A stretch of 63,017 bases of DNA, counting the filler, from Octopus bimaculoides (lineage: Eukaryota), in the NCBI RefSeq assembly GCF_001194135.2. It is 5 parts of 4 records of this genome, joined end to end, with 100 filler letters (N's around TTAATTAATTAA, not from the genome) between each part and the next. Parts side by side here need not be neighbours in the genome. Positions count along the whole stretch, not along the records: positions 34,487 to 55,264 come from NC_068988.1; 4 more parts are not named here. One strand, written 5' to 3'. Made by a program: the position numbers and the translations under genes. How positions within the stretch are numbered: position 1 is the first letter of the stretch; the number at the start of each line of letters is the position of its first letter. Positions 38,244 through 50,138 of the stretch are shown here, in pieces. Under the pieces are notes generated by a model. That model did no database searches, had not been told where the DNA came from, and saw nothing but the letters and a program-made list of their open reading frames with translations.

Positions 38244-38939
38244 GGCATACGTTCATACATATAAGTGGGGGAGTGCATGGGCGTGGGTGTATGTGTGGGT
38301 GTAGGTGTAGGGATGTTAGTGTATGTGTGTGTGCGTGTGTTTAGGGTGATGGGAGCTGCAATTCCAGTTTCAGGAATTCTTTAAAGGCTAACTTCCAAAG
38401 ACGCCAAGGAATGCAATATCAACTAATCATTTAGGTGTTAAACGTAACATTGCCGATATATAAATATATTCTCTTTGTACATAAACCAATCCTGTGTTTA
38501 TGTACGCTCACTTACACATAGTCCAACATCTACACATATTTTTCTACGCACAAACACATACACACGGAGAATATATACACAGAATATATACAGCGCATAT
38601 ATGTGGCTATGTGTATGTATATATATATATATATATAAAGTAGAATTTGATGAGAAGAAGCAGACTTATTAACACGTGGCCAAAGAATATATATGCATTG
38701 CTGGCATAAACACATATACGATGTGTCCTCTATGCTATCTTACATATTAAATATTTTGACATGCCCCTCTTTATATATATATATATTAGATATGATACAT
38801 TTCTAAATCTCTCAGAGAGACTTAAGCAGTAGTGATACGATAAAGTAGTTGTATGCTGTGCAGCTTCCTAGGGCTAAATAGCAGTAGTATGATTCGCTTC
38901 ATGGGACTGTCATGTTAAGTTGACAATATACAACTACTT

Positions 38940-38980
<41 letters not shown>

Positions 38981-40839
38981 GCATTTGTGATAGAGGACAA
39001 CAAACACCGAGGCATAACAAGCGTATACATCATTCCATATTATTCTTAAATTAGTTAAGGTCTCACTGCTGTTTCTGGGATATCCCAAGTGATAGGCGAG
39101 TATGCCTGAATATTATAAATATATATTATATATATAAATATATGACGTCTATAAGAGGTTTTACCTCTGACAGAAACTACAGCATCTTGCCTGCCAACAG
39201 AGTCTATACTTGAAGTATGCTATGTAGACGGCTATTATTTACAACGATTCTAACATCAGGTTTCATGTGCACTTGACACAATATATTCTATTTGTCACAA
39301 AGTTCATTATTAAAAAGCCTAAATTTCTTAAGCCCATTTCATTAACTTTGACTGCACGGTTGAATAACGTACGATAGTTTCTCATTTATCGTCAACATCT
39401 CTCGAGAAACACGCATGCGCACACATAAATTAATCCACTTATAATGCTACAAACATACAGTCTCAAAGGAAACAATAAAGACAACCTCGAACGTAAATAC
39501 GATCATTTGACAATGTTACCCATTTAAGCACATACACAAAATCCACATACATATATATATATATATATATATANNNNNNNNNNNNNNNNNNNNNNNNNNN
39601 NNNNNNNNNNNNNNNNNNNNNNNNNNNNNNNNNNNNNNNNNNNNNNNNNNNNNNNNNNNNNNNNNNNNNNNNNNNNNNNNNNNNNNNNNNNNNNNNNNNN
39701 NNNNNNNNNNNNNNNNNNNNNNNNNNNNNNNNNNNNNNNNNNNNNNNNNNNNNNNNNNNNNNNNNNNNNNNNNNNNNNNNNNNNNNNNNNNNNNNNNNNN
39801 NNNNNNNNNNNNNNNNNNNNNNNNNNNNNNNNNNNNNNNNNNNNNNNNNNNNNNNNNNNNNNNNNNNNNNNNNNNNNNNNNNNNNNNNNNNNNNNNNNNN
39901 NNNNNNNNNNNNNNNNNNNNNNNNNNNNNNNNNNNNNNNNNNNNNNNNNNNNNNNNNNNNNNNNNNNNNNNNNNNNNNNNNNNNNNNNNNNNNNNNNNNN
40001 NNNNNNNNNNNNNNNNNNNNNNNNNNNNNNNNNNNNNNNNNNNNNNNNNNNNNNNNNNNNNNNNNNNNNNNNNNNNNNNNNNNNNNNNNNNNNNNNNNNN
40101 NNNNNNNNNNNNNNNNNNNNNNNNNNNNNNNNNNNNNNNNNNNNNNNNNNNNNNNNNNNNNNNNNNNNNNNNNNNNNNNNNNNNNNNNNNNNNNNNNNNN
40201 NNNNNNNNNNNNNNNNNNNNNNNNNNNNNNNNNNNNNNNNNNNNNNNNNNNNNNNNNNNNNNNNNNNNNNNNNNNNNNNNNNNNNNNNNNNNNNNNNNNN
40301 NNNNNNNNNNNNNNNNNNNNNNNNNNNNNNNNNNNNNNNNNNNNNNNNNNNNNNNNNNNNNNNNNNNNNNNNNNNNNNNNNNNNNNNNNNNNNNNNNNNN
40401 NNNNNNNNNNNNNNNNNNNNNNNNNNNNNNNNNNNNTATATATATGTTGTATAGTTATACGTCCATGCCACCCATCTACACTGCGTGCCACAACTAAAAA
40501 TTGATACATTTTATTTTCACTTAAGCCAACCTCGGGGAATTTAACAATCGACATCTTGGCAAAAAGAGAAGAAGAATAAAATAAAAAGAAAAGAAAAGAA
40601 AAGAAAAGAAAATAAAGTCACTCCACGGCCAGAACAAATGTTTCTTTCTACATCGGTAATTGAAAAATAAAATGGAAATTTGACCTTAAATTTTGGTCAC
40701 ACCTTGTCATTTCACATCGCTTTTTTCTAATCAGAAATTGTCAAGTGAATTTCCATTCTCTTAATCTTTAGCTGAGCTCACTAACGAAGTCGCAATGGCG
40801 TAGAAGATAAAGCCTTAGTGTTCCATTTTATTATATGTT

Positions 40840-41048
40840 AAAAGGCAACTTGTATATCCAACTTAACGTGGATATTTCCGTAGAGTGCTAACTACTGCGT
40901 TATTTGCCTTGTAAGGATCTCTGGTATAGACGCATGACGTGTAAAAGCACTCGAGCGTCCAGATGAGTGGTCCTCCGAAGGCGAATACCACAGTTTCCGG
41001 CGTTCTAACAAAACATCAACGTTAAGTTGGATATAAAGATTGTCTTTT
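40840..41048. mobile_element. MITE (~210 bp)
   Basis: 30-bp TIRs at 40840-40869 / 41019-41048, 26/30 identical. Confidence 0.65.
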
Positions 41049-41525
41049 GGTATCAACACTGATTCTGCTGCTAATAATTAACATATTATACTATATGACA
41101 TTGTATTGTATTATTTTATATTATATTTTTTTCCTTCCGATGACTTTCCAAATAGAGGTGAAACTAGTCAGGTTATTCCTAATATTCTTCCTCCTCACGC
41201 ACACACAAATAGAGATATGAAAATTTGTTTACATTTCGTAGCTAGGCGTATAATTAAAAAAATTATAGTTACACATACATTAAATTTCACACGCCTACAC
41301 GCGCGCGCGCCCCTTACATATATACAAAAACGAAATTTACACACACAAATACACACGCATATATGCTTACGTACACACTTGTATGTGTATATATATATAC
41401 TAACATACACACACGCGCACACATATATGCATAATAATATATATATCTATACATATATATATGGATAGATATAAATGTATGTTTGTGTATATGTATATGT
41501 GGTCTATATGAAAGAATATATGTAT

Positions 41526-41576
<51 letters not shown>

Positions 41577-41651
41577 CACGCACTCATAAAATGTGTGTGA
41601 GTGTACATAGCGGCATACATTTGTTTGTGTGAGTGTGCATAGCGGCATACA

Positions 41652-41723
<72 letters not shown>

Positions 41724-41784
41724 CACGTGAGTATGTGCGTGTGTGCTTTACATTTGCCAGTGTCTTGTTTATTTTCAAATTCAG

Positions 41785-41885
41785 GAAGTAATGGCTCTAT
41801 TACACTTAGACAGTTGATGTTAGCAGAGATGAAAAGAATTCAAAAGAACGGAGACGCAGGCTTATCTTACAGGCTAATGAATTGA
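41785..41885 (+). CDS. Candidate terminal exon
   Basis: Acceptor ttgtttattttcaaattcag|G. It reads EVMALLHLDS* (phase 0, stop 41815-41817) or GSNGSITLRQLMLAEMKRIQKNGDAGLSYRLMN* (phase 1). Confidence 0.35.
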
Positions 41886-42030
41886 CAATATTTTCGTCGT
41901 TGTTATGATTGTATCTGTTTAGCTGTTAGTGTTGTTCCTAGCAGAGTGAGAGAGCTGTTGGGGCATAGTACAGGATTTTCCTCTACGTGGTCATTAGAAC
42001 TGGTAGAAATACCAGTGAAATCTCCTTTAA

Positions 42031-42665
42031 CCCTTTGTCTGTCCAAACATTCATAAGTTTTTCCTAAACATGTATGTTTGCTTCTAGATTTTTAAGTTAA
42101 CTCTTGTTTCAAACGTTCCGCGTAGTATAAAGCTTTCATTTCATAAGTCACAAGTTACTCTTATGGTTGAAAAGATTGGGAATGTGTATTATATATTTTG
42201 CCACGAAAGCTAAAAAACATTTTTTCGCTTTCAAATTTCAAAAAAATCATTAAAAACCTACCTTCTGCTGGACCAAATTCACTTTTTAACTCCATTTTAT
42301 CGACCAACAGTATTTATAACACTTCTAATATTCTATATTTCCAGACATAAAGAGATTTTGTCTTTATATACGTTTTTGACCGCCTTGTTTGCATGCAAAG
42401 GATGTTTCTTTTTGTTTTCATTTTATAATTATTGACTTTTATATTTTTTTACCTCCTACCAATTTGCCCAAATGACCCAAATAATCCGGTTTCTTATGCA
42501 ATTTCTGAAAAGAAATTTTTGTAATCTATATTATTGTAATCGGTAAAAAAAATATTCGATGTAAATTGGATTAATTAAAAAAGTAAATAAATAAAATATA
42601 TGATGTCTGAATGCCATGGAAATATGTTCTGTGTATTACACGTGACACACGAAACAGGGAAAGGG
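42031..42665. mobile_element. piggyBac-type MITE (635 bp)
   Basis: CCCTTT...AAAGGG termini flanked by TTAA (42027-42030 and 42666-42669); AT-rich interior. Confidence 0.6.
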
Positions 42666-43069
42666 TTAAATCATACACAATGTATCAGAGCTAACGAGTG
42701 AGTCTCTATGTAGTCACGCAAGCTGTTAGAAGTTGCAGTTAGAACCCCAAAACAGCCATCATGTATTTTGACCTGCGTGTCTCTGTTGTCACGCATCTTG
42801 CAAGAAGAACTAGCTAAATTTCCTTCGAATCATACACATATCGTCTTCAACTAGAATAAATATGTGTGTATATATAATTATTCGATATGTTAGAAAATGT
42901 AGCTAAACCTCACTCAAATTACTTATCTCGCGTTTTCGGACCGACGTATGTGCTTATGTCGTTATTCACTCAATCAGAAAACATAGCTAAATTACCCTCA
43001 ATCTACAATGGTACAGTCTGTAACAAGGCATCTACTGTCTTCGAAATAACCCTTTCTACTATAGGCACA

Positions 43070-43379
43070 GTGGAGGCGCAATGGCCCAGTGGTTAGGGCA
43101 GTGGACTCGCGATCGGAGGATCGCGGTTTCGATTCCCAGACCGGGCGTTGTGTGTGTTTATTGGGCGAAAACACCTAGAGCTCCACAAGGCTCCGGCAGG
43201 GGTAGTGGCGACCCCTGCTGTACTCTTTCGCCCCAACTTTCTCTCACTCTTTCTTCCTGTTTCTTGAGTAACGCTGCGATGGACTGGCGTCCCGTCCAGC
43301 AGGGGAGGGGGGAACGCATACGCCATAGAAACCGGGAAACCTGGCCCATTAGCCTGGCTAGGCTTTAAATAAAATAAAA
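43070..43379 (+). mobile_element. SINE family A, complete, nested in a family C SINE
   Basis: A/B boxes. 12-bp TSD ACTATAGGCACA at 43058-43069 and 43380-43391. Confidence 0.93.
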
Positions 43380-43391
43380 ACTATAGGCACA

Positions 43392-43572
43392 AGGCCTGGA
43401 ATTTGAGGATGGTAGACTAGTTGATTACATCGACCCCAGTACTCAATTTATTTACTGCGAGAGGATGAAAGTCGACCCCCGGCGGAATTTGAACTCAGAA
43501 CGTAGCAACGGGACAAACATCGCTAAGCATTTTTCGTCCGGCGTGCTAACGATTCTGCCAGTTAGCCGCCTT
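43392..43572 (-). mobile_element. SINE family C (host of the 43070 insertion; its tail continues at 43052-43069)
   Basis: Head AAGGCGGCTAACTGGCAGAATCGTTAGCACG..GAGTTCAAATTCC. Confidence 0.88.
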
Positions 43573-44507
43573 ACTTTCTTCGACATAATGTGTGTGTCTA
43601 TGTAGTCACTCGACCATCAAGAAGAAACAGTTAAATCTTCTTCAATCTTCCACATATTCGAATCGAAGATACAAATATGTGTGCATACGTAGATTCGAAT
43701 ATGTGTGAATATGTAGACATTGGATCGACTAGAAAAAGTAGCAAAATCTCTCTCAAATTACACCCTATTGTTTCCAGTAAAGAAGAACCCGTAGGACAAA
43801 ATTTATTTTTTGATATACAGCACGATGGGATAGTCACAGTTGCAACGACTTTGATCGTGGGTCAGCTCAATCTAAGCTGACTTAGAGCTAAGTAACAAGG
43901 AAATAACTGCTTAAAATAAGGAATTTTCTTATGGAACATTCAGTGTTTTGATATTCTATTACAACTGGTTCCAGCCGATCCATATCTGTGTCACTCACAT
44001 ATCTTCAACCATTGTGCTATTGTGCCGTGTTTGATTGAGACAATACTATTTTAATTTTCAAGGAGTAACTTGTGGGTTGTGACCGAGAGTTCTTAATCCT
44101 GAAGTCGTCGTACAAAACGCTCGTTCACAATCTGCAAAGCTTCTCACTGTGTGCAACACTATAGTTACGTAGTCGCTAATTCCATGCTTAGTCTACATGC
44201 ATTTCTTCACTGTTTGGGAATCTTTTTGTTGTTGTTGTTGTTGTGGTTGTTTTGCGGGCTTTGAAGTAACCCACGTCATGTTGTTGCTCGTGACGAGCTG
44301 GACAAGGGTGACGAATCGTGAAAACAATGCCGCCATAAAAATGGATTCTGTTGGGAGTTGGTGAGAGAGGGATACCTGCAGATGGAGCAACATGTATTCT
44401 ATTCACTATACATGTGCATGAATGTATGTATACACGCGGGTACATATATATACGTATATATATATATATATATATATATATNNNNNNNNNNNNNNNNNNN
44501 NNNNNNN

Positions 44508-44563
<56 letters not shown>

Positions 44564-45330
44564 AAACACACATATATATATATACAAACATATAATCGGT
44601 TGTATATATATTTATATGTATATGTGCGTGTATACACACACGTGTATTTGTATATGTATATATATATACATACACATACATACATACATATATCCGTGTG
44701 TATGTGTGTGTCAGTGTGTGTATGTGTGTGTATTTGAATGTATGTCTGTATACACAACACACACACACACACACACATACTGCACGAAATAGCATTACTA
44801 GTTAATGAAAGTAAATATTAGCTTAGGATAATCATGTCAAGCCACTACCTACCTCCTCCACAGACCCCCACCCCACCCCAAACTTTAATAGAAACCCTTG
44901 AAACTCCAAAGTGATAGGCTAACTAACAAGGCCCTTGTTTTATAGGGAAGCAGTTTTCGGCTTTTGATTATGCTGTTATGTTTGTTGTTGTTGTTGTTGT
45001 TGGTACTGGTGGTGGTGGTGGTAGTGGTGGTGGTGGTGGTGNNNNNNNNNNNNNNNNNNNNNNNNNNNNNNNNNNNNNNNNNNNNNNNNNNNNNNNNNNN
45101 NNNNNNNNNNNNNNNNNNNNNNNNNNNNNNNNNNNNNNNNNNNNNNNNNNNNNNNNNNNNNNNNNNNNNNNNNNNNNNNNNNNNNNNNNNNNNNNNNNNN
45201 NNNNNNNNNNNNNNNNNNNNNNNNNNNNNNNNNNNNNNNNNNNATATATATATATATATATATAAATATATATACATACTTAAATTACATACATATGTAT
45301 ATACATATATACATATATACACAAATATAC

Positions 45331-45675
45331 GAAAGGAGGAAAGATAAAATCGACCTCGGCGAAATTTGAAATCAGAACGTTGCGACTGGCAAAATACCGC
45401 TAAAGATTTCGTCCAGCGTTCTAAAGATTCTAACACTTCGCCGCCTTAAATAATGATAATAATAATAATTCTTTCTACTGAGCCTCAAATTTCGGGGGAG
45501 GGAACTAGTCTACAACATTGACCCCAGTGTCTCACTGGTACTTAATTTATCGACCCCTAAAGGATAAAAGGCAATGTCGACCTCCGCGGAATTTGAACTC
45601 AGAACGTAACAACGGATAAAAAGCCGTTAAGCATTTCGTCCAGCGGGTTAACGATTCTGTCAGCTCGCTCTCTTA
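45331..45675 (-). mobile_element. Two adjacent SINE family C copies (45331-45447 and 45470-45675)
   Basis: Both carry GGAATTTGAACTCAGAACG-like and GCTCGCC/CCGCCTT head complements. Confidence 0.85.
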
Positions 45676-45892
45676 AGTAGTAATAATAATAATAATAATA
45701 ATAAGCGTTTTTATCCATTACGCTATGCCCATAGGCAATGTCAGAGTGAATTTTTAAGGCTTATAAACGTTCATTGATGTCTTGTGCTGGCGCCGTACCA
45801 ATTGGATAATGCACTTCTGTATTTTCTGTGATGAGAAATGTTATATTATGCTTTAGTCGGAGTGGTTTCCTCATCTTCGTTGTTTCTTTCAC

Positions 45893-45918
45893 TACGTTTC
45901 GAGTGTTGTAATCTTCAG
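45893..45918 (-). ncRNA. Degenerate minimal hammerhead core
   Basis: CUGAAGA-UUACAACACUC-GAAAC-GUA. Stems I and II do not pair. Confidence 0.3.
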
Positions 45919-46120
45919 CCTGTTTCAGCTTAGTGCCTTGCCTCAAGCTACAACCAAGATGAGGACACTATTCCGACGAATACAGATACGCCATTGTTTG
46001 GATTCTCAATGCTCTGCGTGCACTCTATGAATTGTTGAAAGATAATTAATAAATTACGAAAGAAAAATAATGGTCACAGCTACATTTGTCCTTTAGATTC
46101 CATCTTTGGTTTAATCACAA

Positions 46121-46919
46121 AATAAAATAATTTGCAAGGGAAAGTCTTCATCAGCAGGCACACCTAGATTAAACATATAAGTATGAGGCAATCCAGCATA
46201 TGCCCCTTGCTTATACATTCTAATTTTTCAAATCTACCATGCAAACGCATCCCTTCGAAGTTTATCCCTAATAGTGATTTTGATTTTAGCTCTTCCTTCT
46301 AGGAATCCTATGATGGATACCTCTTATGTGTTTAAATATACACTGTATTTTTTTGAATAATATATAGTCTATTGACTAAAAATATTTTTACACGCTAAGC
46401 CACTGGTAGTAGAAATTTCTGATATTTTTTTATTACCCTGATATTATCATTATTGATAATTTTTTTCTGGAAAATTTTCGAATGGAACGCCGGCATTATT
46501 TTTATTTACTGCCAACAAAAAACTGCGCTTGCGCGATAGATTTGAAAAATTAGAATGTATAAGCACGGGGCATATGCTGGATTGCCTCGTACTTATTTGT
46601 TTAATCTAGGTGTACCTGCTGATGAAGACTTCGCCTAGCAAATTATTTTGTTTGCTAAACAATGTCTGAAACCATGGTCCAGGAGATAAATGGTAAATGT
46701 TTTTATTTTTCATTCTCTTCGAAGTTTATCCCTAAATAGTGGTTTGGATTTTAGCTCTACCTTCTAGCGTGCAAGGAATCCTATGACGGATACCTGTTAT
46801 GTGTTTAAATGTACACTGTATTTAGATGAAGAATATATAGTTTATTGACTAAAAAATGTTTTACATGCTAGGCCACTGGTAGTAGAAATTTCTAATATTT
46901 TTTATTACCCTAATATTAT
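46121..46919 (+). mobile_element. Non-autonomous PLE/retrozyme-like element: inverted segment plus 464-bp-period direct repeat plus hammerhead
   Basis: Direct repeat 46253-46447 / 46717-46919. Segment 46121-46249 is the inverse of 46524-46652 (~91% identity over 46131-46249). No ORF. Confidence 0.75.
46600..46690 (+). ncRNA. Canonical type I hammerhead ribozyme
   Basis: Stem I CCUG/CAGG, extended by AUCU/AGAU past a 7-nt AGGUGUA bulge. Core CUGAUGA at 46619-46625. Stem II AGAC/GUCU plus UAGCAAA/UUUGCUA. GAAA at 46668-46671. Palindromic stem III ACCAUGGU. GUC^ cleavage after 46679. Confidence 0.85.
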
Positions 46920-47315
46920 GATATATATATATACGTATTATACATATACACTCTCTGCCGTCGATGTGGGAACGAACCATTGAGCATCTGATTAGCGTCA
47001 TCTTTTAAGAAAGAATTCAAGCATACAATTGAATTGAATCATATTATAAGAACCACTGTAACGTGAATCAAGGAATCTGGGAAGGGGAAGGGCGTCGCGG
47101 TTAGAACTGGCGAATATATTCAACCACCTCTCACCTCTCTCAGCCCCCGCCGTTCATGCTCTCAAACCTAAATGCTCCCTGGGGTCGTGAGATGACGTGG
47201 TTGGGTGGTGGTTGAGGGTAGCTGGGAACAAACCGAGAGGATAAAAATGAGAGAACGAAGGTGGGTGGGGAAATGCGTTATCGGAACGACTTTTTTCAAG
47301 CCCCCCTAAACACAC

Positions 47316-47346
<31 letters not shown>

Positions 47347-47778
47347 TGCACGCATGGATATTCACACACTCATACATACACACATATACACCCACATACG
47401 TACACACATGCATGCTCATACACTGACACACACAGAAAAAAATAACAAAAGGGAAAACGCGAAGCCGTGGCTTTAAGCATACGGTTTGTAATTAGGTCAA
47501 AGAAATTCATTTAGTTCTTGAAGACTACCACTCAAAATACTGATGCCGAGAATAGATTTACTCTTCCAGAATTTGGTTCTAAAATCAAACCATGCTACAC
47601 TCTTCCACACCATATGTTCTTAAGTTATCAGACTATACTACAAATACACTACGCAAACACACCACTTACACTGTTCACATATATGTAATTTTTATTATAC
47701 ATACATACATACATACATACATACATACATACATACATACATACATACATACATACATGCATGTATCTATGTATGTAT

Positions 47779-47978
47779 GGCGGCGAGCTGGCAGAGTCGT
47801 TAGAACGCTGGTCGTATTTCAACCCGTCGCTACGCTCTGAGTTCAAATTCCGCTGAGGTAGACTTTGCTTTTCAGCATTTCGAGGTCAATAAATTAAGTA
47901 CCAGTGAAATTCTGGGGTCGATGTAAGCGACTAGTGCCCTCCCCCAAAATTTCAGATTTTGTGCCTGTAATAGAAAGG
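47779..47978 (+). mobile_element. SINE family C, full length
   Basis: GGCGGCGAGCTGGCAGAGTCGTTAG..GAGTTCAAATTCC..AAATTAAGTACCAG..GTGCCTGTAATAGAAAG. Confidence 0.9.
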
Positions 47979-47980
47979 AT

Positions 47981-48016
<36 letters not shown>

Positions 48017-48155
48017 TACAATTATGTGCTTTGACTGTAACATTAGATGGATTTAGCTCTTATTTCTAACATTTTAGGTGTCCAAACACTCAGTTATAAT
48101 TTAATGACAATTATAGTTTTCCTTTTTGGTAACACATTGCTAAACCGCTACTACA

Positions 48156-48201
<46 letters not shown>

Positions 48202-48579
48202 CAAAACGGAGCAAATAATTCAGGAGAAAATATTTACGAAGATATTATTGACTCTATTATTATCTAGTATAACAATTAAAAATGATAATAACAGAATCAA
48301 TAATACAGGTGATTGCAGGCCCAAAAAAGCATTAAATAGCTGAAGGATAAAAATTAATCAAAGGACATACCAAGTATGTCTACCTGCTGGAAATAATATA
48401 AATTATTCTTTCGAACAACGAAAAAAAAAAAAACACAAATGGAAAATAAAACAAGCAACATAAAGAACGATCCTTCATCAGTTGTTGGCTGTTTTTCTAG
48501 TCTCGTATTTCGAACATTTAACAACAATATACGCTTTCGATAAAACAGTTGCTCCCGCAAAAATATATACATACACACA

Positions 48580-48612
48580 CAGGGTGGTGCAAAAGTAGGT
48601 ATACAGTTATGA
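48580..48612. mobile_element. Solitary Tc1/mariner-type TIR
   Basis: CAGGGTGGTGCAAAAGTAGGTATACAGTT. No partner TIR is visible (a gap lies nearby). Confidence 0.4.
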
Positions 48613-48822
48613 AAAAGAAAACACGTACGATGGTCATTTACTTTTATCAAAACAAGGAAAAGTTACGATAAAAGTATTATTATAGTTATGATAAATGTAT
48701 TCCTGTGATTAATGACACTGAAAATATCAAAAATTAAGCTAACTAATTTAATGTGCTAGTAATTTTAATGAAGTATTATTATAACATTGATGTGATACTG
48801 ACTGTATACCTACTTTTGCACT

Positions 48823-48863
<41 letters not shown>

Positions 48864-50107
48864 NNNNNNNNNNNNNNNNNNNNNNNNNNNNNNNNNNNNN
48901 NNNNNNNNNNNNNNNNNNNNNNNNNNNNNNNNNNNNNNNNNNNNNNNNNNNNNNNNNNNNNNNNNNNNNNNNNNNNNNNNNNNNNNNNNNNNNNNNNNNN
49001 NNNNNNNNNNNNNNNNNNNNNNNNNNNNNNNNNNNNNNNNNNNNNNNNNNNNNNNNNNNNNNNNNNNNNNNNNNNNNNNNNNNNNNNNNNNNNNNNNNNN
49101 NNNNNNNNNNNNNNNNNNNNNNNNNNNNNNNNNNNNNNNNNNNNNNNNNNNNNNNNNNNNNNNNNNNNNNNNNNNNNNNNNNNNNNNNNNNNNNNNNNNN
49201 NNNNNNNNNNNNNNNNNNNNNNNNNNNNNNNNNNNNNNNNNNNNNNNNNNNNNNNNNNNNNNNNNNNNNNNNNNNNNNNNNNNNNNNNNNNNNNNNNNNN
49301 NNNNNNNNNNNNNNNNNNNNNNNNNNNNNNNNNNNNNNNNNNNNNNNNNNNNNNNNNNNNNNNNNNNNNNNNNNNNNNNNNNNNNNNNNNNNNNNNNNNN
49401 NNNNNNNNNNNNNNNNNNNNNNNNNNNNNNNNNNNNNNNNNNNNNNNNNNNNNNNNNNNNNNNNNNNNNNNNNNNNNNNNNNNNNNNNNNNNNNNNNNNN
49501 NNNNNNNNNNNNNNNNNNNNNNNNNNNNNNNNNNNNNNNNNNNNNNNNNNNNNNNNNNNNNNNNNNNNNNNNNNNNNNNNNNNNNNNNNNNNNNNNNNNN
49601 NNNNNNNNNNNNNNNNNNNNNNATATATGTATGTATGTATGTATGTATGTATATATTTATATATGTACGTATGTATATATATATTTGCGTGTGTCTGTGT
49701 TTTATACTGATAACATATTTAAATCATTTTTCTGGCAATTACAACAAATTTTCGGCAACTACTTTACTCCCAAGTTATAGAATCCTCTCAGCCATTTTGA
49801 CTCACTGCAAACGAATGTTTAGAATTATTCTCCTATTGATAAATGTCTTCAAGCTGAATAATTGAAGACATATTTTCAAAGTTCTAAAGAAACGTCTCTT
49901 ACCCTTCGTATCCCCTCCCTTCATTCTCTTAGATTTGTTATGCATCTTGGCGATATTCTTGTCGAGTTGAGTTGTTTACACAATCTTATCCTCGGTTAGC
50001 AATTGCCAAATAGGGCTTTTTTCTACTCAATCTTGTTGTTTAGTGCCTCACCATGTTTAACTCTGTTCCTGATATACATATATACATAATAACATGCGTA
50101 CACACAT

Positions 50108-50138
<31 letters not shown>

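Noticed and set aside
40960-40990. CAGATGAG..GCGAATAC hammerhead-like spacing inside a MITE
   Set aside because: Both halves of the core are non-canonical and the stems do not close.
44188-44393. Two overlapping open minus-strand frames of over 60 codons
   Set aside because: Openness is explained partly by a (CAA)n tract. There is no recognisable domain or consistent splice pair.
48400-48490. Minus-strand CTGATGAAGG..TCGAAAG
   Set aside because: There is no pairable stem II or III and no NUH site.
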